A DNA stretch of 64,000 bases from the human T2T-CHM13v2.0 reference genome, Homo sapiens: assembly GCF_009914755.1 (NCBI RefSeq), contig NC_060927.1; one strand, given 5' to 3'. A model generated the notes under the pieces. It searched no databases, was not told the origin of the DNA, and was given only the letters and a program-made list of their open reading frames with translations. Made by a program: the position numbers and the translations under genes. The stretch's first letter is position 1; each line of letters begins with the position of its first letter. Positions 13,880 to 28,576 of this stretch are shown here, one piece after another.

Positions 13880-14560
13880 CAATTTGAGCAGCACATTTCT
13901 AGGCTCTTTTCATTAATTTTGTCTGGCACTAAATAAGAATATTAATCTACATGTTAACGGTGGTTTTTAAAATCTCATGAAAGAGTAATTTGGAATTTAA
14001 TTCTTTTCTGTTATATTTCTCCATATTTATTAGGAATCCCAATTATCTATATCTTGGGTATACAAACTGGATTTTAAGCCACTGTGTTCCCTGTTATTGT
14101 TTTTGTCTTTTGTCCTTTTTCCTTTGTTTTCCAGAAAAATTCCTAAATTTACCTTCCACATCAGGACTTAGTTGTTTGAAATGTCAGCTCTCCCTTTTCC
14201 TACTTGAATCTACTTTGAGTACAAATCTCATATTGTGATAACATGGTATTAGTCACCTTTAGTTCTTTCTTTACTGCAGCCAGAGTCTTTTCATATCAAT
14301 TAGCTATATTAAAATCTTCTTTCATTCCCCCAAAGGCATATTTTGATTGAGAAAGCAGCATAACTACTTTGTAAAGCTACTGTTTCCCATAATATTTTCT
14401 TAACATATATTCCTTTTTTTAGCTTCTTAAGTAATAGTTTAATTTTATGTCACATTATCATTTATTTGAATATGTTTGGTCTCTTTTGTCTGTCTTTGAA
14501 CAAAGACCATTCTATCCATGTCTGATATTTAATAAAACTCCACTTGAACAGACTCCCCTC
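13880..14560 (-). mobile_element. HAL1 / old L1 ORF1-like fragment
   Basis: T-rich antisense ORF1-like sequence (GGAATCCCAATTATCTATATCTTGG); extent uncertain. Confidence 0.4.
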
Positions 14561-17220
14561 ATTATTCTTCAATTAGAAATTAAATGTTGTAAAATATCCC
14601 CTCTATCATAACTGCCAGGGTTAGTAAACATGAGTGTCCATTACCAGGTCAATGATCTGCAATTGAATGGGAAGGGGACCCAAGAAGTCCAAGCAAGGAA
14701 ACTTGTCATCTATAGTTCGTGTTCTGAGTGTGACAAAGTTGTGGTACCAAAAATTATTTATCTCCCATAGTTTTGTTTCTGGTTTAGCTTCTGCTTCAGG
14801 TTTTCTTTCTGGCCCAGCTTCTGCTCCAGTTTATTCCCTGGTAAATTCTATTCACCATACTTGGAACAGGTTCCACTGGGATAGGTAGAATCCCCCTAAA
14901 TTTCTCACCAGGATGACTGGTACCTTGTGGCTCTTCTGGCCCAATGGTGGACTCACAGTGTCAGACTCACCAGCAAAGTGTATCTAGAGGCTTTCCACTG
15001 ACATCAACCCTCCACGTTTTGGCTATTTCACCACAGGATCCTTGCCAGTTTCCCAGAAGGCGATATTACCTTTCATTTTTGAAGCTATCTATTCCTCTGG
15101 TCTCATACAGTGGACCTCCTTGCACTGTGTAATTAAAGTTCGATAGAAAAGAGACTTTGCTCCCAAATGTGTACATGTGAAGCAAATAAGGAGAGAGTAC
15201 TGCACCAGCTCCTTTTCTCCACAATGTTCAAAATCTCTTGATAGAGGAAGACTAGAATGCTTTCTTCCTTGAACTTTGGTCTTTTCCCCAAACAGTGAGG
15301 TCATGTTTAGAAAATTATTTATCCTTTTTATTCAATATGTCCAAAGAATCTAGGAAAACACCAAACGCAAACCTGTCATATGGATGAAAAATTTACTGTA
15401 TCATTGGGAAATGAGTTATAATCCAACATTTTTTTTCAATACAATCATCCTCTGAGTCACTAAATCTGATTCAAGTTCAAAAGAAATGGTATCACTAACA
15501 CTATTTTCTGGATATTTTAGCTCCTATATGTCACTGGAGATAAAAGGCAGGTCGATAAAATTCAAGCAGAAGTTAGGTTGAGATTTCTGCCAATAGACCT
15601 ATAGACATAGCCTTAGTAATTTTTTCTCCAAACTTTCAATGTTTATTCTGTACATTTAAGATAAAAAGCAGGAAGAAGTTCATCCTAAAAATGTAATTAA
15701 TATTAAAGCAAGAAGAAATTCATGCTATATGTTAAATTTAACTTAAATCAATTTGAAAGAATTGGAAACCTAATGAAAATAACACATTAAGAAGCTGGAC
15801 TAATACAGGATCCCAAAGTCTCTCTAATTGCTTAGTATATTTTCAAATAATAATAAATTAATTACATTTAAATTTCTGTGAACTTCGTTTGATAATTGAT
15901 ACAGTTGAGTCCAGAAACGAATCATTTTGTCCACCTCAATTGCATTATATTTTTGTTCTTGATGGTTGTCAGCAGTTACAGCTTTGTGAAGAAAGTGCAT
16001 CTTGTTTTACTTTAACTGTGTGTATGCAGTTTGTATAGACTGATAATATAATTGATGTCTATTTCAGCATTGATGATGGAACATCATCAAAGTCATATCC
16101 TTTTCTTTGTCACTGTCTTTAACCATAACACTGTAAGAAAAACACCCCTCTTCTTGTCTTCCTATTATACTGCATGCCATTAAAAGTGAGAGAAATGCTA
16201 TATTTATCTTGATATATATTAAAAAATAATGAAGAGGATAATTATCATGGCTGCATTGTAATTTCATGGCACTGCTGTCAGTTACAAACTGCTCAATACG
16301 TACTCTTTTAGTTCATAATGCCAGAAATAAGTCTTGCGATTGAAATACAGTCATTTAATTAATTTTTCTCTATTATTACTTTCAGTGCTATGCTGGTGGT
16401 ACAGGCTCAGTGATGGGAAATTCAAGTAAGGAAAATAGAAGACTATGAAAGTCGGTGAATTCACTTTTGTCTTCTCTGGATATTTAGTCCCTTAGCACTG
16501 AGTGGAAGGGGTAATGAAATGCTACAGTTTTCAAGATATTCAAGTTGTAGTTAGTTAGGTGTTAACCAGTGGCAAGATTGACAGGATGGTTTGCATTTGC
16601 TGACTATTAACTACAAAAGCTGTTTAGTTTAATGACACTCACTTGAATACCACGTGATAAATATTGGTGAGCAATAATGGATCCATGAGAAGACCACTTG
16701 ACCATTTTTGAGACAGATTTTTTTTTAAACCAGTGGTTCTTATAACATATAAAACACAAAGCTGTCTTCTCTTTTTCCGTCATATATCAAAATAGTCACA
16801 TGCCAGGAGAACTGACTTTTGGAAATATTAATCATAAGTGAGTGTGCTACTAGATTTATGAAGCAGTCTGATAGTGGTTTAAAATAAGTGCCAAACATAA
16901 ATTCCTCTGACCTCTAGGATAATGAATTGTCCTCACAGCTGCTATTGTCAAATTTTAGGTACAACCAGACTTTTGTTTTATAGTCATGAAGTCTTGATCT
17001 GGTTGTTAACTGGTAAGAATACAGATGTAAATTGTTGGGCAGAAAGAAGTGTGAGGGTTTATATTCAAGAATCCATATAAAGAAGATAAAGGAAATAATT
17101 CAAGATAATAGAAATTTGTAAATGTATACTAAGTATGGATGAGTTGTATAATAGCATTTTCTTCTTTCCTTTCTATTGTTTTGCTGTGTCTAGCTGAAGT
17201 ACAATTTACCTTCTATTTAA

Positions 17221-17526
<306 letters not shown>

Positions 17527-18897
17527 TAACATGATTTTTAAACTTAGCTTTCTTACAAGTATTATCACTGAGATATTTTTATTTTATATCTTGATTAACT
17601 TACGCATTAGATGGGAAGTGTCTTGAGGGCAGAGTTCATGCTTTGATCAACTTTGTATTTCCATCAACTAATATAACATACTTTGTAAGTTATTAGAAAA
17701 TGAATGTTGTACAACAAAAAGGAAAAAATTTATAAAGTTAGCTTTTCATTTTTTTGTTTTCAGAGAATAATGCCATATTACAGTGTATATAGCTGTTTTC
17801 CACTATTCTATTAGTCTATTACTGTAATTTCTTATGTATTTTGGTATCAGAGAAATTTTAGAAACATAAAATTTTAAAAATGTACCTCCTTCTTCTCTCT
17901 GTCTTATGTTCTTCATTATTGTCTGTTTTGAAACCCTTAACTAATTCAACTTAAAAAAAAAAGCACCTCACTTTAAATCTTTTAAAATCTATAGCTGCAA
18001 ATTGACCTAAAAGTTCTATAACAACGTTTTCAGGAAGGTTACCTTAAGTCTTCAAAGAATTTTGTCTTAATTGTTAGGCCATATCATTCTTTCGAGGCTT
18101 CATTTGATATTGGATGCTCTCTGAAAGCGAATGAAACATTTGGAATACGTGCACACTTCAATAGTTTGACTGGTGAGAGTGGCAGATGAGTTGAAAAATA
18201 GAACATGTTCCACATGGAAATATGACATATTAGATATATTATGGCATATAAGGTTATTGATGAATAAAGTTAGAATAATAAGAGGAGGACAAAAGTAATA
18301 GAAAAAAAGAAGTAAACAGAAAATACTTACGTCATACATTATAAAAGGCTTAAAGAGAAGACGGAGAACCCAACGGTATGATTTGACATGCCCAATTAAC
18401 TGATTAATGGAAACTATGGAAAACTAAACATGATTCAAGAGTTTCCATGCAAAAGTGTTAATACAGAGAGCAGCTGGCATTACTGGATGTGATACTGGTT
18501 ATTGTTGTTGTTTTATTAAGTCTTAGTCTGGAAGAGAGGAAGCTTCTATCCCTTTCATCTCATACTCTATTCCCTATCTATATTTATAAAACACCGCTAA
18601 TTAACATTTTCTTACCTGTAAGATTAGGTATCATGCCTGTGGTACTAGAAGGCAAATATTTCAAGAATTATACAAACATTGTCACTGAACAATCCTCCTA
18701 AAAGTTTTAAAATGTAAAATAATTTCACACAGTTGCTTAACTTAAAACCTTCCAATATCAAATAGGATTATCATGAATTATGTTTTTGTCTAATGTTACA
18801 CCCCATATGACATTTTGTTCCTGAATAAACCCATGTGGGTATAATTTTGAACATATCTGCAATAGTGTACTTGATTTTTTTAAAAAAAGCAGACCTA

Positions 18898-18995
18898 GTC
18901 GCGTGAGCCCAGGAGTTCGAAGTTACAGTGAGCTATGATAGTGCCACTGCACTTCAGCCTGGGTGAGAGTGAGACCCTGCCTCTATTAAAAAAAA
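18898..18995 (+). mobile_element. 5'-truncated AluJ/FRAM-type fragment with a perfect 16-bp TSD
   Basis: GAGCCCAGGAGTTCGAAGTTACAGTGAGCTATGAT...poly(A); TSD AAAAAAAGCAGACCTA at 18882-18897 and 18996-19011. Confidence 0.93.
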
Positions 18996-19216
18996 AAAAA
19001 AAGCAGACCTATTTCTTCTCTAATACAAAGATATAAAGGAGAATATATTGTAGCAGGTATGGTGAAGCCAGGGAATCAAAAGTGCTGAAGGGAGAGAATA
19101 AGATTTTATTATTATGAAAACCCCACAGTAACCTCAAACATGCAGTAGAAATTATTTGAGACTTGAATTAGTCACAAAATCGACCCAGTTTTCTCAGAAT
19201 CTTTTTTGACATAGGA

Positions 19217-19580
19217 TTCATTCTTTCAACAAATATCTATTGAGCGAGCATTGTTGGGCAGGCACTATAATAGACACTAGAAATAAAATGATAAATTAAA
19301 ACAGAAATAGCACCTGCTCTTGGGGAATTAACAATTTAGTTAGGGAGATAGATGTCAAATTACCACACAGATGATTGTGTAATTACATTTTGTGCTAAGT
19401 GATTCAAAGTAAAGTAACATGGTTCCATAAATATATATAAGAAAGAAATTTGTACTAGATAGGAGAGGCTCCTGAGGAAATAATGCTTAAGCCAGATGAG
19501 GTATGAAGTAGGTAGAAGTGGATGTTGAATAGGTAAAAAGGACATGGAAAGGTACATGCAAGTGGCCTATAATCGGAGTA
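19217..19580 (-). mobile_element. L2 3' end
   Basis: ATTCATTCTTTCAACAAATATCTATTGAGC...GGCAGGCACT is the antisense L2 terminus. Confidence 0.75.
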
Positions 19581-19661
19581 TTTCAAAAACTGTATGTAAA
19601 TGGGAACTTGTTTTATAAAGATATTTGGCACCACACATCAAATAAGTAAAGACAGTATTGT

Positions 19662-19885
19662 CAGGGTCAGCATGCAAACTGATCCACAGACCAAATCCAG
19701 CTTTTCAACTGATTTTGTGAATAACATTTTTTCAAATTACAGTTGCTCCCTTTCATTTATATATTGTTTATGGCTGCTTTGGTGCTACCACATCAGAGGA
19801 TGAGTTGTAGTGACAAAAATTATTGTCCCCAAAATCTAAAATATTTCATTTTTGACACTTTGCTAGAAAAGTTTGCTCACCCCTA
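19662..19885 (+). mobile_element. MER58A (hAT-Charlie MITE)
   Basis: CAGGGTCAGCA...GACCAAATCCAGC...TATGGCTGCTTT...AAAAGTTTGCTCACCCCTAG; about 224 bp with terminal inverted repeats. Confidence 0.85.
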
Positions 19886-20009
19886 GTTCCATAGACAGTA
19901 CTAATGAAACTGACTCACCATTTGTATAAAGGTGACGTACCGATGTCAATGGCACAATTAGTAATCTAAAGGGAAAAATATAGAATAGTTTTGTGTCTTA
20001 GATGTGAAC

Positions 20010-20935
20010 AAAGACATTTTTAATAAATTCAGAAATTAAAAACCAAAGACAAATTTGATGGTTTTGGCCCTACCAAAATCAAAGATTTATATTCAACAGT
20101 GTATTTTTCAGAGAGGCTACCAAATAAGTAACTCGCTGGAGAAAATAGTGTAATCTCTGCCACCAAAAAGAGACTATATGTAGAATGTACAAGGAAATCC
20201 TTCAAGAAAAACATCAATGCTCAGTACAAAATTAAGCAAAAGATATAAATGGACAATTCACAGAAAAGGAAGCTAGGTAAAACGTATATGAAGATATACT
20301 TAAACTCAGCAGAAATCAGAGCAATACACAGTAAAAATAAAAACTCACGTTGGTGAAAATAAAAAATAGTGCAATACCAGGTGTTTGCAAGGTTGTGAAG
20401 AGGCAGCGATGTGTACACAGTGTTGAGTGGTGAAGTTATTCAGAAAAGCAATCTGGCAATACTTATTAAAGTTAAATATACTACAGACATACTTGGATCA
20501 TATATCTTAGAGAATTTATGACAGCTCCCTAGGAACAAAGATGCTCAAGAAAGTTCATTGCAGCATTGTTTGTAGTATTGAGAAAATGGGAGTAGCAGAA
20601 GTGACTATTATTAGAAGAATCCATGAAAAACAGGAAGGATATATACTGAAATGCCATGCGGTGGTTAGAAATTGGTTAGATCTTAAAAAACATGGCATCA
20701 AGTAAAAAAGTAAAAGTGAATTCTATTGTAATTTATATTTATATATAAAATGATATTTTATATTTTATAATTAAAATATATTGAACACATCAGAGGCAGC
20801 GAGGAGAGTGAGAAATCAAAGATAGAAGGGAAAATAAAACTACAAAAATAGGCTTCACAGAGACCAATAATGATAGCACGTTGTAAATAAAAAAGCATTA
20901 TTTATTTAGCCTCTTGCACTGGAGGCACAAAAAGT
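20010..20935 (+). mobile_element. L1ME-type 3' fragment
   Basis: ATGGACAATTCACAGAAAAGGAA, AGCAATCTGGCAAT, GTTCATTGCAGCATTGTTTGTAG. Confidence 0.7.
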
Positions 20936-20957
20936 GCCACTTTTTGAAAAGTCACTG

Positions 20958-22022
20958 TGTTGCGGGAAGTCAGGGACCCCAAACAGAGGGACCGGCTGAA
21001 GCCATGGCAGAAGAACTTGGATTGTGAAAATTTCACGGACATTTATTAGTTCCCCAAATTAATACTTTTATAATTTCTTATGCCTGTCTTTACTGCAATC
21101 TCTAAACATAAATTGTAAAGATTTCATGGACACTTATCACTTCCCCAATCAATACCCTTGTGATTTCCTATGCCTGTCTTTACTTTAATCTCTTAATCCT
21201 GTCAGCTAAGGAGGATGTATATCGCCTCAGGACCCTGTAATAATTGTATTAACTGCACAAATTGTACAGCATGTGTGTTTGAGCAATATGAAATGTGGGC
21301 ACCTTGAAAAAAGAACAGGATAACAGCAATTGTTCAGGGAATAAGAGAGATAACCTTAAACTCTGAACGCCAGTGAGCCAGGCAGAACAGAGCCATATTT
21401 CTCTTCTTTCAGAAGCAAATGGGAGAAATATTGCTGAATTCTTTTTCTCAGCGTGGAACATCCCTGAGAAAGAGAATGTGCACTTGGGGGTGGGTCTCTG
21501 CCCACCCCGGGCGTGGTCGTCTCTTATGGTCGAGACTGCAGAGGTGAAATAGACTCCAGTCTCCCATAGCGCTCCCAGGCTTATTAGGAAGAGGAAATTC
21601 CCTCCTAATAAATTTTGGTCAGACCAGTTGATCTCAAAACTCTGTCTCCTGATAAGATGTTATCAATGACAATGGTGCCCGAAACTTCATTAGCAATTTT
21701 AATTTTGCCTCGGTCCTGTGGTCCTGTGATCTTGCCCTGCCTCCACTTGCCTTGTGATATCCTATTACCTTGTAAAGTACTTGATGTCTGTGACCCACAC
21801 CTATTCGCACACTCCCTCCCCTTTTGAAAATCCCTAATACAAACTTGCTGGTTTTTGTGGCTTGTGGGGCATCATGGAACCTATTGACATGTGATGTCTA
21901 CCCTTGATGCTGGGCTTTAAAATTTCTCTCTTTCGTACTCTGTCCCTTTATTTCTCAAGCTGGCCGATGCTTAGGGAAAATAGAAAAGAACCTATGTAAA
22001 TATCGGGGCAGGTTCCCTGATA
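20958..22022 (+). mobile_element. MER11 (probably MER11C) solo LTR of HERV-K11/HML-8
   Basis: Starts TGTTGCGGGAAGTCAGGGACCCC and ends GGCAGGTTCCCTGATA; 1065 bp; 6-bp TSD TCACTG at 20952-20957 and 22023-22028. Confidence 0.95.
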
Positions 22023-22039
22023 TCACTGTGGTTACAATG

Positions 22040-22830
22040 CAATGTGCAGATAAGGATGGGCCACGAGAAGATACATGAACAAGAAAAGATAGAGTAAAAG
22101 ATAAGAATAAAGTAGTGAAAAATTAGAAAAGGGTGATGACTATGGAGATAGACAATAAACAGAATTGAATGATAAATGGGAGGTAAAATATAAAAGATAT
22201 GCTGGATATGGAGGTGAGATAGTTGCAAAGGATGGCTTTCAGGGTTTTTCTCTTATTCAATTAGAGACATTAGCTGTATTGCCCTAAAATATGGAACAAA
22301 GTAAGAGAACCTGATTTGTTAGAATCGGAAAAAGCATCAATTTAGATTTGTTTAGGTGAGTTTGAGGTGACTTTAAAGACATTCTAATGAAGATGTGGGA
22401 TAGTCCATCATGTGGCAGAAGTTCAATGCCAAAATCTTTGATGAGACATACATTTGAATATTATCAGCATAGAAAAAAATCATGGAAGATGGATGAAACT
22501 TAGTAAAGAGGACATGAAGAGTTTTCAATAAGGAACTTCAACATGTGTGGCCAAATAGAGAGAATGATTCTGCAAAAAAGACTACAAAAAAGCAGCCAAA
22601 GGAAAACCAGTGAGTGTGGTATCACAGAAGTTAAAAAAAAAAAAAAGGGTATTCAGAAAGATGAAGTTCTCAAAAGTGTCAAGTGATGTTGACGCCAAGC
22701 AAGATGAAGACCCAAAAAGATACTTGTATGATTTATTCTCAAGAAGCCTTTTTGAGGCTTAATAAAATGATGAGTTTTGGGGTGAGTACTAAGTTAGAAA
22801 GTAGTAACTAATGTAAGGTTGCCAAAAGTT
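22040..22830 (-). mobile_element. L2 fragment
   Basis: TGAGTTTGAGGTGAC, GGAAAACCAGTGAGTGTGGTATCACAGAAG, typical antisense L2. Confidence 0.65.
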
Positions 22831-22844
22831 ATTTTTAAAGACAA

Positions 22845-23095
22845 ATGTGGAAACTAAAAGACTTCACAAATAGAAGGAGAGAGCAGAACAGTGGTCATTA
22901 GAAGCCGGGAGAAATGGGGAGATGTGGTCAAAGGGTACGAAGTTGCAACTAGACAGAAGGAAAAAATGGTGAGAATTTAAGGAAATTGATATGTTAATTA
23001 GTTTGATTCAATCATCCCACCTTATGTGCCTGTATCATAACATCACTGTGTACTGCATAATTATATATGATTATAATTTGTCAATAAAATAAAAC
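22845..23095 (+). mobile_element. L1MA(8/9-like) 3' end
   Basis: GGGGAGATGTGGTCAAAGGGTACGAAGTT...TATGTTAATTAGTTTGATT...TTTGTCAATAAAATAAAA. Confidence 0.8.
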
Positions 23096-24919
23096 AAAAT
23101 AGAGAGGGAGTTGGGTATATTTAAATACAAATAAGAATTCCCCAATTAAGAAAGAGTGATTGAACAAACAAAAGCAAGAAAAGATAATAGTGTAAGGTTC
23201 CTAAGGGAGGAAAAGGGGGTATTATCCTTTATTCTTAGCCTGGAGTGTTTGCTCTTCTATAATATAACCTAAGGGGGAAAAAGGTGATAACAGACATTGA
23301 TATAGAAAAGCTCAAAGTTTCCCTTATAATGGTTTCACTTTCTTTGGTAAGGTGTTTCCAGGATTACCTACTGGGCATGAGGATGGTAATGAGGGTTGAA
23401 AAGAGTGAAGAAAAAAGACTAAAAGAGGTGTCAATATTGCCCACAGACAAGGGATGGGACTGGGAAGCTCAAAAATGGCAATTAAGAGGAAGGCAACAGA
23501 GTGGTTTTCTAATAATACGTGCCTCAAAGGAATAGGTTGTTTTTTGTTTATTTTGTTGTGTTGTGTTATTGTTATTTTAAAAGAGGATGTAAAACATTGT
23601 TCGTGAACCCACAAAAGAGATTAAGGAGTTCATTAATCTCTCTTCCCACTCCCCAAGTACATAAGGTAAAGTCATCACTTGAGAGGGCTAGAAAAAAAAA
23701 AATGGTGTCACAAAGGTTCAGTTAAGCCAAGAAAGTGAAGAGAATATTTCTATAAGGCATTGAAGATAATAAAAAATTTGCTAAATGTGATACAATATTT
23801 ACAGAGGGTATCATGGAAGGATTTATGACTTGGGGAGAAGGAGGGATACTTTACTTTGAGGGTAAATACAGCATCTGGGAGAAAACGGTGTTGTAGATGA
23901 TTAGGAACTAGAGGACTGACACTTTTGAGGAACTAGTAAAAATAGGGAAAAGATATATGAAGCTTTTGATGTCCCATAGGATATAGATCACTGGGACTGG
24001 GAATCAGATAGATCAAAGACCAGTATATGTAGTCACTCTGCCGGATAATCGTGGTCATAATAGAATAAATCACAACATTTTTTGAACAAATTATATTTGG
24101 GGTCCTTTATATGCATCATCTCCTTTAATCCTCTTGATTACCTCCTGAAGTAGCAGTATATACTTATGTTGAAGAAAGCAGATTGAAACGTTGATTAGCT
24201 GGCCCAATATGATTTTGGACACCTTTATTTATATTTACCCTATTAGAGCTCTTAGCGGTATATGAAGTCATGCTTGAATATGATACTACTACTACTTTTG
24301 ATTAGGTTCAGCCACACTTAAAAATTGTGGTGAAGTATGTTTGTGTGGCTAGGTGACTGTTGGGTAAAAGTAAGGTTTCTAAAGATGCTGGTTATTGAGT
24401 CTTTAACAGGCTTTGTCTTACCCTTCTGGCTGCCCCCATCCCTTGCAAGATCAGATGCCAGTGAAAATAATAGCCATGAACTCATAGGATTGCAAATAGC
24501 CTCCGCAAAAAGGCCATGGGTCAAGGAAAATGTATATTTCTTCAGTTTCATTGCCATTAATTCTTTGAAGAATGGTTGTGTAGCTTTAAAATTTTTTAGC
24601 AGAGAAACTTTTTCTGCAAGATTGTATTTTAGAAAGTCAATATACAACCAGAGCTCATCTGATTGAGGAAGGGCTGAGGGGTCAGATCCAGCTCTTTTTT
24701 CTTTTTTTCTTCTTTTTCTCTTGTCCTGAAACAGCTTCACAGAATCCTTGGTTTTTCAAGAAAAGAGGAGAAAACTCTTCTATAGATTGAAAAATTATAT
24801 GGGCAAGTGCTTTTTGTTTACTTCAAAAAAATATGTGGGTGCCACAAATAGCTTTTAATGTATCTTTTAAATTAGAGATGCTGAAGAATCAATATATGTG
24901 AAAACTAGGCAAAAGCCAC

Positions 24920-25215
24920 AATAAACTATCAGAATAGCTAAGATAAAATATGATGATACCAAATGTTATGAGGATGTGACACACTGGAAATTTCATACAT
25001 TAATGGTTAGAATGTAAATTAATACAATCTTAAAATTTAAGCACATACCTAACCTATAACTCAGCCATTTCACTTGTAGGTATATAATCAGCAGAAACAA
25101 GTGCCTATGCACATATGCACACAAAAAAACACAGGCAGGTATATTTATAACAGCAGTGTTTATAATAACACTAAATTAGAAATGATCAACATATCCATTA
25201 ATTTTAGAAAGGATA
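24920..25215 (+). mobile_element. Old L1 ORF2 end / 3'UTR fragment
   Basis: ATCAGAATAGCTAAGAT...ATACCAAATGTTATGAGGATGTG...CAGCCATTTCACTTGTAGGTATAT. Confidence 0.7.
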
Positions 25216-28200
25216 GAAGAGAAAGTGTCACTGCCACCATAGACAATGTTAGCTGCTGAGGATCTCTGCAATCTTTATTAATACTGACGAAGCTTCACAG
25301 GGACTACACAGCTGGCACTCTCAGTGGTATCAGAACTGCTGTACCTTATCCAGCAAGTATGCTCATCCTCCACCCAGAGACAAGGATATTTCCACAAAAA
25401 AACTAGTCATTAAAGTCTACAAGAGAAGAGTACTCTACCAAATGTGCAGACATCAACATAAGGCAACAAGAAACATGAAAAACCAAGGAGATAATTACCA
25501 TCAGAAGAACACCATAATCTTCCAATAGCTGACCCCACAGAAATGGAGGTAAGTGAACCAACTAAGAATTCCAAATAATTGTTCAAAGGAGCTCAATGAA
25601 CTTCAAGAAAATACAAATAAACAATTTAATAAAATTAAAAAAATAAAAACCCAACCTGAAAAATTAACAAATAAATTGAAATTGTTTTATAAACATCAAA
25701 CAGAAATTCTGGAACAGAAAAATAAAATAAATGGAATTTAAAAATGCAATAGAGAGCATCAACAGAAGAATTAATAAATCAGAGGAAAGAATTTCTGGAC
25801 TTGAGGGCAAGTTATTTGAAAATATACAGTGAGAGGAGAAAAAATAATACAAAAGAATAAAGAAAACTTACAGGATTTATGGGACAGCATCAACAGAGCA
25901 AATATTCTAGTAATAAGAGATGAAGAAGAAGAGAGACAAAAGGGTAGAAAGCTTACTTAAAAGAATAATAGCAGAAAACTTTCTAATCTAGGGAAATATT
26001 TAGGTACAGGAAGGTCAAATAAGATTTAATCCAAACAAGATGATACCAAGACATATTATAACCAAAGTTTCAAATATCAAGGATAAAGCAAAGATCTTGG
26101 AATTAGCAAGAGAAAAAAAGCAAATCATATTTAGGGAATTCCAAGGCTCGCAACAGAATTCTCAGCAGAAACTTTATACACCAGAAGAGAGTGGGATCAT
26201 GTGTTCGAAGGGCTAAAGGAAAAAAACAAAACAAAAACAAAACCACTTGGATACCAGGAATACTTGGCAAAGCTGTTCTTCAAAACTGAAGGAGTAATAA
26301 AGACTTTCCCCCACACAAAAGAATGCTGTGGGACCACCAGACCTATCTTACAAGAAATGCTAAAGAGAGTTCTTCAAGCTGAGAGAAAATGATGACAGTT
26401 AGTAACATGAACACATATGAAAGTATAAAAGTCACTGGCAAAAGTAAGTACACAATCAAATTCAGAATACTCTAAAATTGTAATAATAGTATGTAAATCA
26501 CTATATCTTTTGTATGAAGGTTAAAAGACAAAACTCTTAAAATAATATAGCCATATTCACTTGTTAATGGTATACAATATAAAAAAGTATATTGTGACAT
26601 CAAAAACATGAAATTGTGATGTATGTAGAGTAAAAGTCTATAGTGTTTTTTGTGCAAAGGTAAATTTTTTATCAACTTAAAATAGCCTGTTACAAATATA
26701 AGATATTTTTATGTAAGCCTCATGGTAACCACAAGGCAAAAACTTATAGTAGATATGTAAAAGATAAAAAATGAGGAATTAATGCATACCACTAGAGAAA
26801 ATCATCTAATCAAAAAGGAAGACAAGAGAGGAGGAAAGAAACTAAATCCACAAAACAACTGGAAAACAATGAACAAAGTGGCAGTAGTAAGTCTTTATCT
26901 ATCAATAAGTACCTTGAATGTAAATGTATTAAATCCTTCTATCAAAAGTCACAGAATGGCTGAAGGCACCCAATATATGCTGCCTATGAGAAACTCACTT
27001 TGTCTTTAAAAACACATATGAAAATGATAAGAGGAAAGAAGATATTCTATGCAAATGGAATCAAAAGAGAGAAGGGGTAGCTATACATATTCCAGACAAA
27101 ATATAATTTATATAGAGAAATAAATCTTACAGAGAGAAAATGAAAATAAGAAATAGAGAAAACTCTAAAAATGCTACCAAGTCAAAAACTGTAAGATGAG
27201 ACAAAGAAGGTTATATAATGATGTGGAAACAATTTGTCAAGAAGATACAACAATTATAAACACATATGTACCTAACATCAGAATACCTAAATATATAAAG
27301 CACATATCAATACATCTGAAGAGAGATAGAATGAAATACAATAATAATAGGGGACCTCAATACCCCACTTTCAACAGCGGACAGATTGTTTAGAAAGAAA
27401 ATCAATAAAATTGATAAGGAACCATTGTTCTTTAACTGCAATGGGAATAAATGGACCTCTCAAACATGTATAAAACATGATACCAAACAGCAAAAAACTA
27501 CACATTCTTCTCAAGCACACATGTAACATTCTCCAGGATAGACAACGCAGGCCACAAAACAAGTCCTCACAAATTTAAGTACGTTGAAATCATGTCAAGT
27601 ATCTTTCCCAACCACACTAAATAGAATGAAACAAGAAATCAATAATAGAAGGGACCTCAAAAAAATTATAAAAATGAGAAAATTAAACAACATGCTTCTA
27701 AATAATCAATAGGCAAAAGATGAAATTAAAAGAGAAAGCTTAAAACTGTCTTTTGAGAAAAACAAAAATAGAAACATAACATACCAAAACAAGATACAGG
27801 AAAAGCAGTTCTAAGAAGGAAGTTTACAGCAATACATGCCTATCTCACAAAAAGAAGAAAGCTGAATTCTACTAAACAATAAAAAAGAATTCTTCTCAAA
27901 CTCTTGCAAAAAAATTGAAGAGATGGGAAAACTTCTAAACTTATTATATGAAGCCACTATTACCCTGATACCAAAGCCAGACAAAGACACTACAAGAAAA
28001 GATAATTACAAGCCAATACCCCTGATAAATATAAACTAAAAAAATCTTCAACATAATATTAGCAAACTGAATTCAACAGCACATTGAAAGGATCATTCAT
28101 CATGATTAAGAAGGATCTATCCCTTGGATGCAAGGATGATTCAATATATATAAATCAACAATTGCAATACACCACAAGAGCAGAATGAAGAATAAAAGTC

Positions 28201-28440
28201 ATATGATCATTTCAGTAGATGCAGACACTACATTCAACAAAATTCAACATTATTTAACAATAAAATCTCTTGACAAGTGTAGAAGGGGTGTACCTTAACA
28301 AAACAAAGGTCATGTATGATGAGCCTATAGCTAACATCAAACTTAATGATGAAAAGTGGAAAGCTTTTTTCCCGTAAGATAAGAAACAAAACAAGGATGC
28401 TCACTTTTGCCACTTCTTTTCAACATAGTACTAGAAGTCC

Positions 28441-28576
28441 AAATACAAGTTTCCAAGTTGTCAGGCTCAAGAAGACCTCATCAAAATGGATTTGAAAAGC
28501 TCCTCACCAAGGCAAATTATTAAATTTTAGAACACCAAAAACAGAACGAAGAGTTAAAATTTTTTGAACAAGAACA
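28441..28576 (+). repeat. Dispersed local duplicate of 29967-30103
   Basis: Hand alignment gives about 17 differences in 137 bp. Confidence 0.9.

Noticed and set aside
24318-24740. 140-aa and 109-aa ORFs on opposite strands in non-repeat DNA
   Set aside because: No recognisable domain or convincing splice structure; lengths are compatible with chance.
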